A stretch of 64,000 bases of DNA from assembly GCA_963815925.1 (NCBI GenBank), contig CAWFIV010000007.1, positions 43,313 through 107,312 of the forward strand, given 5' to 3'. The stretch's first letter is position 1. Each line of letters begins with the position of its first letter. The position numbers and the translations under genes were made by a program. This DNA comes from an uncultured Acidobacteriota bacterium (GTDB lineage Bacteria; Acidobacteriota; Terriglobia; Terriglobales; Acidobacteriaceae). The notes below the pieces were generated by a model, which saw only the letters and a list, made by a program, of their open reading frames with translations, did not search any database and had not been told where the DNA came from. Below are positions 60,337 to 64,000 of this stretch, piece by piece.

Positions 60337-60552
60337 TCAGGTTTTGCTAAAGCGGTGTTTGGCGGCGGGCGGCGGGGCTTGGAGGCGAACCAAGCGCAGT
60401 TCGCTCCGGTCGAGCAACTCCCATTGGACTTGATCGCCCGGGTTGAGGCCGATGGCGGCGGCCAAGGCCAGGGGAAAACTCACGTAGAGCCGGGGCTGCT
60501 GTCCCTGCGAGCGAATGGCTTGGATTTTCAACGGATAGGTGGTCGGCTGCAT
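60337..60552 (-). CDS. AbrB/MazE/SpoVT-type small DNA-binding protein inside the IS
   Basis: MQPTTYPLKIQAIRSQGQQPRLYVSFPLALAAAIGLNPGDQVQWELLDRSELRLVRL is a swapped-hairpin-type pattern (..P..LA.A.GL.PGD.V.W). Confidence 0.6.
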   Translation of the reverse strand: MQPTTYPLKIQAIRSQGQQPRLYVSFPLALAAAIGLNPGDQVQWELLDRSELRLVRLQAPPPAAKHRFSKT

Positions 60553-60592
60553 TTTTTTTGATCTTTCTTTCAAATAATGTTTGACTTTTATA

Positions 60593-60612
60593 AGCTAGAT
60601 TATAATCTAGCT
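60593..60612. promoter_or_regulatory. perfect 20-bp palindrome between the divergent AbrB-like and transposase genes (candidate operator/promoter)
   Basis: agctagattataatctagct contains tataat. ttgact lies 14 nt upstream. The transposase ATG (60615) follows 2 nt after the palindrome. Confidence 0.45.
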
Positions 60613-60614
60613 CC

Positions 60615-62256
60615 ATGACGAACGCCACGATTATCCCCTTTCAGGTGCCGCTGCCGCAAGCCCTGCCCACCATCGAGGGCAACGTCGATTACCGCCAGTT
60701 CCGCGACAACTTCCTGCACATCGATCAACTCCTGCTGGCAGAGCGGCTTGGAAACCCAACTCCTGCAGAGCCGATCTCCAGCGCTGGCTGGCCCAGCGCA
60801 CAAAAGTCAGCCCCCGCGCCCAACAAAACCACCAACTCCACAGCCGCCGCGCTTTGCGCTGCAACATCGCCCGCCAGTTGCTCCGGGAGGACTATCGCGG
60901 TCTTCGCCGCCCGGCTGGCCGACAGCCCGCTGCTCCAATACTTCTGCGGCCTCGGCGAGGTGGGCTGCGTCAAGGTGCCCAGCAAAAGCACGCTCCAACG
61001 TTATGACGTGTGGTGGAAGGAAACGGAGGTGCGCCACGTCATCCATCAACTCTTGAACCTGGGCGCCACCGCCCCGCAGCAACTCCATCTGCCCGCAAGC
61101 GGTCGATTTGGAAAGCGCCTTTCTGGACACCACCTGCCTGGAGGCCAACATCCACTACCCGGTCGATTGGGTCTTGTTGCGCGACGCCACCCGCACCCTG
61201 ATGAAAGCGGTGCGCCTGATCCGCGACCAGGGCCTCAAACACCGGATGGAAGAGCCGGAGAGTTTTTATCACGCGCATCAACACCCTTTGCATCCAAATG
61301 ACCCATGCCGGCAACAAGACCGACAGCCAGCGCCAGCGCAAGAAAACTCTCCGCCAAATGGACAGCCTGGTGGGCGTCGTGCGCCAGCATGCCCGGCGCT
61401 ACCGCGCTTTGCTGGATGAGCAATGGCAGAAAACCGACTGGACCCGGCCCCAGGCCGAACAAGTGCTCCAGCGCATGGACCAGGTGCTGGAGCAATTGCC
61501 CAAGGCCCGCCAACAGGCGCGCCAGCGGATTCTGCAGGAACAACCGGTGGCCAATGCAGACAAAATCTTGAGCCTTTACGAGCCGGACATCCACGTCATC
61601 GTGCGCAAGAAGGCCGGGGCCGAGGTGGAGTTTGGCAACACGTTTTTCCTGGCCGAAAACCCCCAGGGCCTGACTGCTCGATTGGGAACTCTTTCAAGAG
61701 CAGGCCCCGCCCGATAACCAATTGCTGCCGCGCAGCGTGGGCCGGATGGAGCAAGTTTACGGCGCGCGACTCAAGGCGGCCACCGCCGACCGTGGATTTG
61801 ACAGCTACAGCAACCGGGTCGGCCTGGCCGACGAGGGCATTTACAACGGGGTTTGCCCGCGTTCTCCCGACGGCGCTGCAAGAGCGCGGACACTCTTGGA
61901 AATTCAAGCGCTTACAACGACGGCGGGCCCAGACGGAAGGGCGCATCGCGATTGTCAAGAATGTGTTTTTGGGCGGGCGCATGCGCGGCAAAGGGTTTGC
62001 GCACCGCCAACTGACCGTCACTTGGACCGTCCTGGCGCACAACCTTTGGGTGCTTGGCCAGGTTGCAACGCTCGGCCGATGGCCGAACCCCAAGCCCAGG
62101 CGGCCTGAACGCCGCCCACGAAACTCCTGGAGCACTCATCCGGGAGGCGCTGCGTATGCCGAGTGGCCGGAAATAGGCCAAACTCCTAGTCTTGACATCA
62201 GTAAAGTGATTTTTTTTGAACTTTCCCAGCGAATCACTGTCAATTGTCTAGATTGA
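60615..62256 (+). pseudogene. DDE transposase (IS4/IS5 superfamily), at least 6 frame changes
   Basis: FLDTTCLEANIHYPVDWVLLRDA (first D), ADRGFDSYSN (second D), RRRAQTEGRIAIVKNVF...LAHNLWVL (E region). Also ILSLYEPDIHVIVRKKAGAEVEFGN. Segments are spread over all three frames. Confidence 0.75.
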
Positions 62257-62310
62257 AAACGCCCCGCGCCCCAAAATAATTCCGAATGCGACCTTTTGGG
62301 ACTGGCTCTA

Positions 62311-62372
62311 TGTAGAGGCTATCGTCATCATTCCACACGACAAATCTCAAATACTGGTCTTCAGTCTTTCAT
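62311..62372 (-). pseudogene. hicB: 5' remnant of a hicB antitoxin gene
   Basis: The ATG overlaps the hicA stop (ATGA). After one frame correction it reads MK(T)EDQYLRFVVWNDDDSLY, which I recall as a HicB N-terminus type. It then runs directly into the IS right end. Confidence 0.4.
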
Positions 62373-62569
62373 TTGGCCGCCTCACGAATCGCGTTGCGCA
62401 CTTGTTTCTCCTGGTAATGGCGAGCGTCATCACCATTGCCGCCGCTTAATATCACCGAACCGGGAATTCGCGGGTGGCGAAATTTACGATGCGACCCTTT
62501 GCCTCCCGGCACAAGCATAAACCCCGACTTGGTCAGATCGGATACCAATTGGCGAATTTTTCGCGGCAT
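62369..62569 (-). CDS. hicA: HicA-family mRNA interferase toxin
   Basis: 66 aa. MPRKIRQLVSDLTKSGFMLVPGGKGSHRKFRHP is the YcfA/HicA signature (GSH.K). One of the few intact ORFs in this half. Confidence 0.85.
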   Translation of the reverse strand: MPRKIRQLVSDLTKSGFMLVPGGKGSHRKFRHPRIPGSVILSGGNGDDARHYQEKQVRNAIREAAK

Positions 62570-62705
62570 CTGTCTTCAATGCAATACCACCGTGACCGCA
62601 GCCCGTCAACTGGTGCGCGGAATCGTGTAATCACGGCGAACCGCGTTCAAGCGGATTGACAACGCGCCGCGTTACGCTTATGTATTTGAGACTGAACACA
62701 AATCT

Positions 62706-63256
62706 ATGAATACATTTCACACCTGCGTCCGCTGGATTTTCGCGGCGACTTTCGCGATCACCGCAATGCCACTGCTGGCCGCAGTTTCCCTCCGGGAAGG
62801 CGATAACGCTCCGCTGTTCTCCGGCCACGACCAGGATGGCGCCACGGTTCAACCTCAAATCGAAGATCGGCAGAAGAGATCGTGCTGCTCTATTTCTATC
62901 CCAAGGACGATACCATGGGCTGCACCGCCGAGGCTTGCGGGCTGCGCGACAAAATGGTTGAACTCAAAAAGCGCGACGTCGATGTTGTCGGCGTCAGTTT
63001 CGATAATGCCGAAAGCCATCAAACGATTCGTTTTCAATACAACCTGAACTTTCCACTGCTTGCCGACACCAGCGGCGATATTGCGGATGCATATGGGGTT
63101 CGCTTGGGACCGGATAAGCACATGGCGCGGCGCGTGAGCTTTTTGATCGGGTTGAGCGGCCGGATCGTGCATATCACCGATTCGCCGGATCCGGCGGTTC
63201 ACTTGCGCGAGATGCAGGAGGCCATCGCGCAAATGGAGGGAAAGCCCGCGCACTGA
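62706..63256 (+). pseudogene. bcp: secreted peroxiredoxin (Bcp/AhpC-TSA family), one frame change
   Basis: Signal peptide, LREGDNAPLFSGHDQDGATV | VLLYFYPKDDTMGCTAEACGLRD (peroxidatic Cys context), VVGVSFDNAESH. Shift near 62860. Confidence 0.75.
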
Positions 63257-63319
63257 ATGATCTTCTTGCCCCTTGTTGAACGCGTCCAGCACCAAGCCAC
63301 TCCGGAATAGCCGGGCGGG

Positions 63320-63914
63320 TCAGCAAAAATCCGCCAGGCCGGCGAGGTGCGAGCGCAACAACTGTCGCGCACGAGAAATCCTGCCTTCCACGGCCTTGAC
63401 GGAGCAGCCCGAGATGGCGGCGATTTCCGCATGGGAATGCCGTTCGTATTCGGAGAGGACAATGGCGGTGCGCAAATCCTCCGGCAGTCGGGCGACAGCG
63501 CGGCGCACGGCATCGGCGCGCTCCGCGTGCTGCATTTGTTCGGCCGGGCCGGGATTGTCGATCGGCCAGCGCATCGCCCAGGGTTCCCCCGGTGGACTCA
63601 TTTTCGGCCTCGAGGGCAACTTGCGGGTGCCGGCCGCGCCAGCGAAACCGGTCGCGCGCGAGATTCGTGGCGATGGTGTATAGCCAGGTGCTGAATCGGG
63701 CGGCGGGATCAAACCTGGCGCGGTTTTGATAGACCCGCACGAAGGTTTCCTGGGCGAGATCGGCGGCATCAGCCTCGCTCTGGAGCTGGCGGATGAGGTA
63801 ATGGAACACTTTCTCCCCGTGGCGTTCCATCAGGGAATTGAGCGCGGCGTCATGGCCCTCCACCAGCCGCGCCATGTCTGCCGCGTCCTGGGTGTCAGTG
63901 GTGTCCGGGGTCAT
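63320..63914 (-). pseudogene. ECF (sigma-70 family group 4) sigma factor, one frame change
   Basis: Region 2 DAADLAQETFVRVYQNRARFDPAARFSTWLYTIATNLARD. Region 4 LPEDLRTAIVLSEYERHSHAEIAAISGCSVKAVEGRISRAR in another frame. Shift near 63580. Confidence 0.8.
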
Positions 63915-64000
63915 GGGCGGACTGGGCAGGACGTGTCAGGCATGTTTTGCATGGCGCCGAGGTTTTTTCGGCAACCCAGGCGAGATAGCGTTTTCCTTCG

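Larger units (their letters stand above)
60223..62310. mobile_element. 2088-bp IS element (IS4/IS5-superfamily DDE transposase) with perfect 16-bp terminal inverted repeats
   Basis: IRL tagagccagtcccaaa (60223-60238) and IRR tttgggactggctcta (62295-62310) are exact reverse complements. They enclose a DDE transposase and a divergent AbrB-like gene. Confidence 0.78.

Noticed and set aside
60615-62256. Programmed -1 frameshifting in the transposase
   Set aside because: At least six frame changes in both directions are needed, with no slippery heptamer at a single site. The same indel density affects all neighbouring genes.
1-64000. tRNA, rRNA, tmRNA and RNase P genes
   Set aside because: I scanned for T-arm-type GGTTCGAATCC-like boxes and conserved rRNA or RNase P strings and saw none. 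A proper tRNAscan/Infernal run is still advisable.

Overview
The 64-kb window has two very different parts. Part 1 (nt 1 to ~43,075) is densely packed with intact, mostly housekeeping genes. They have an Acidobacteriota-like flavour, which I infer from recalled protein families, not from a search. Genes include proS, a class A PBP, kdsC, lhr, folD, coaE, an HtrA protease, ggt, asnS, arginase, ddl, an FKBP isomerase, cspA, several peptidases/esterases and secreted repeat proteins. Part 1 also holds a PIN-toxin operon with an atypical partner, an orphan CuA-cupredoxin/dihaem cytochrome c pair, and a set of periodic-oligomer palindromes placed directly behind stop codons. Part 2 (~43,081 to 64,000) has different gene content with a Verrucomicrobiota/Planctomycetota-like flavour. 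It carries a TonB-dependent receptor, tonB-exbB-exbD-exbD, a hybrid histidine kinase, gnd, a giant NTAxG-repeat surface protein, kelch-like, dihaem-peroxidase-like and PQQ-propeller proteins, an IS element with 16-bp terminal inverted repeats, hicA, bcp and an ECF sigma factor. Nearly every part 2 gene longer than a few hundred bp needs frame changes to be read (only short ORFs such as hicA and the AbrB-like gene read intact), whereas I saw none in the 43 kb of part 1. The two parts meet where two 5'-truncated genes abut head to head. A chimeric or unpolished assembly join must therefore be excluded before any biological reading. No rRNA, tRNA or CRISPR array was seen. I found no convincing novel multi-gene system. 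The most unusual items are the junction and frameshift landscape, the IS carrying an AbrB-like gene, the stop-codon-proximal periodic palindromes, the orphan CuA/cytochrome c pair and the three-gene PIN module.
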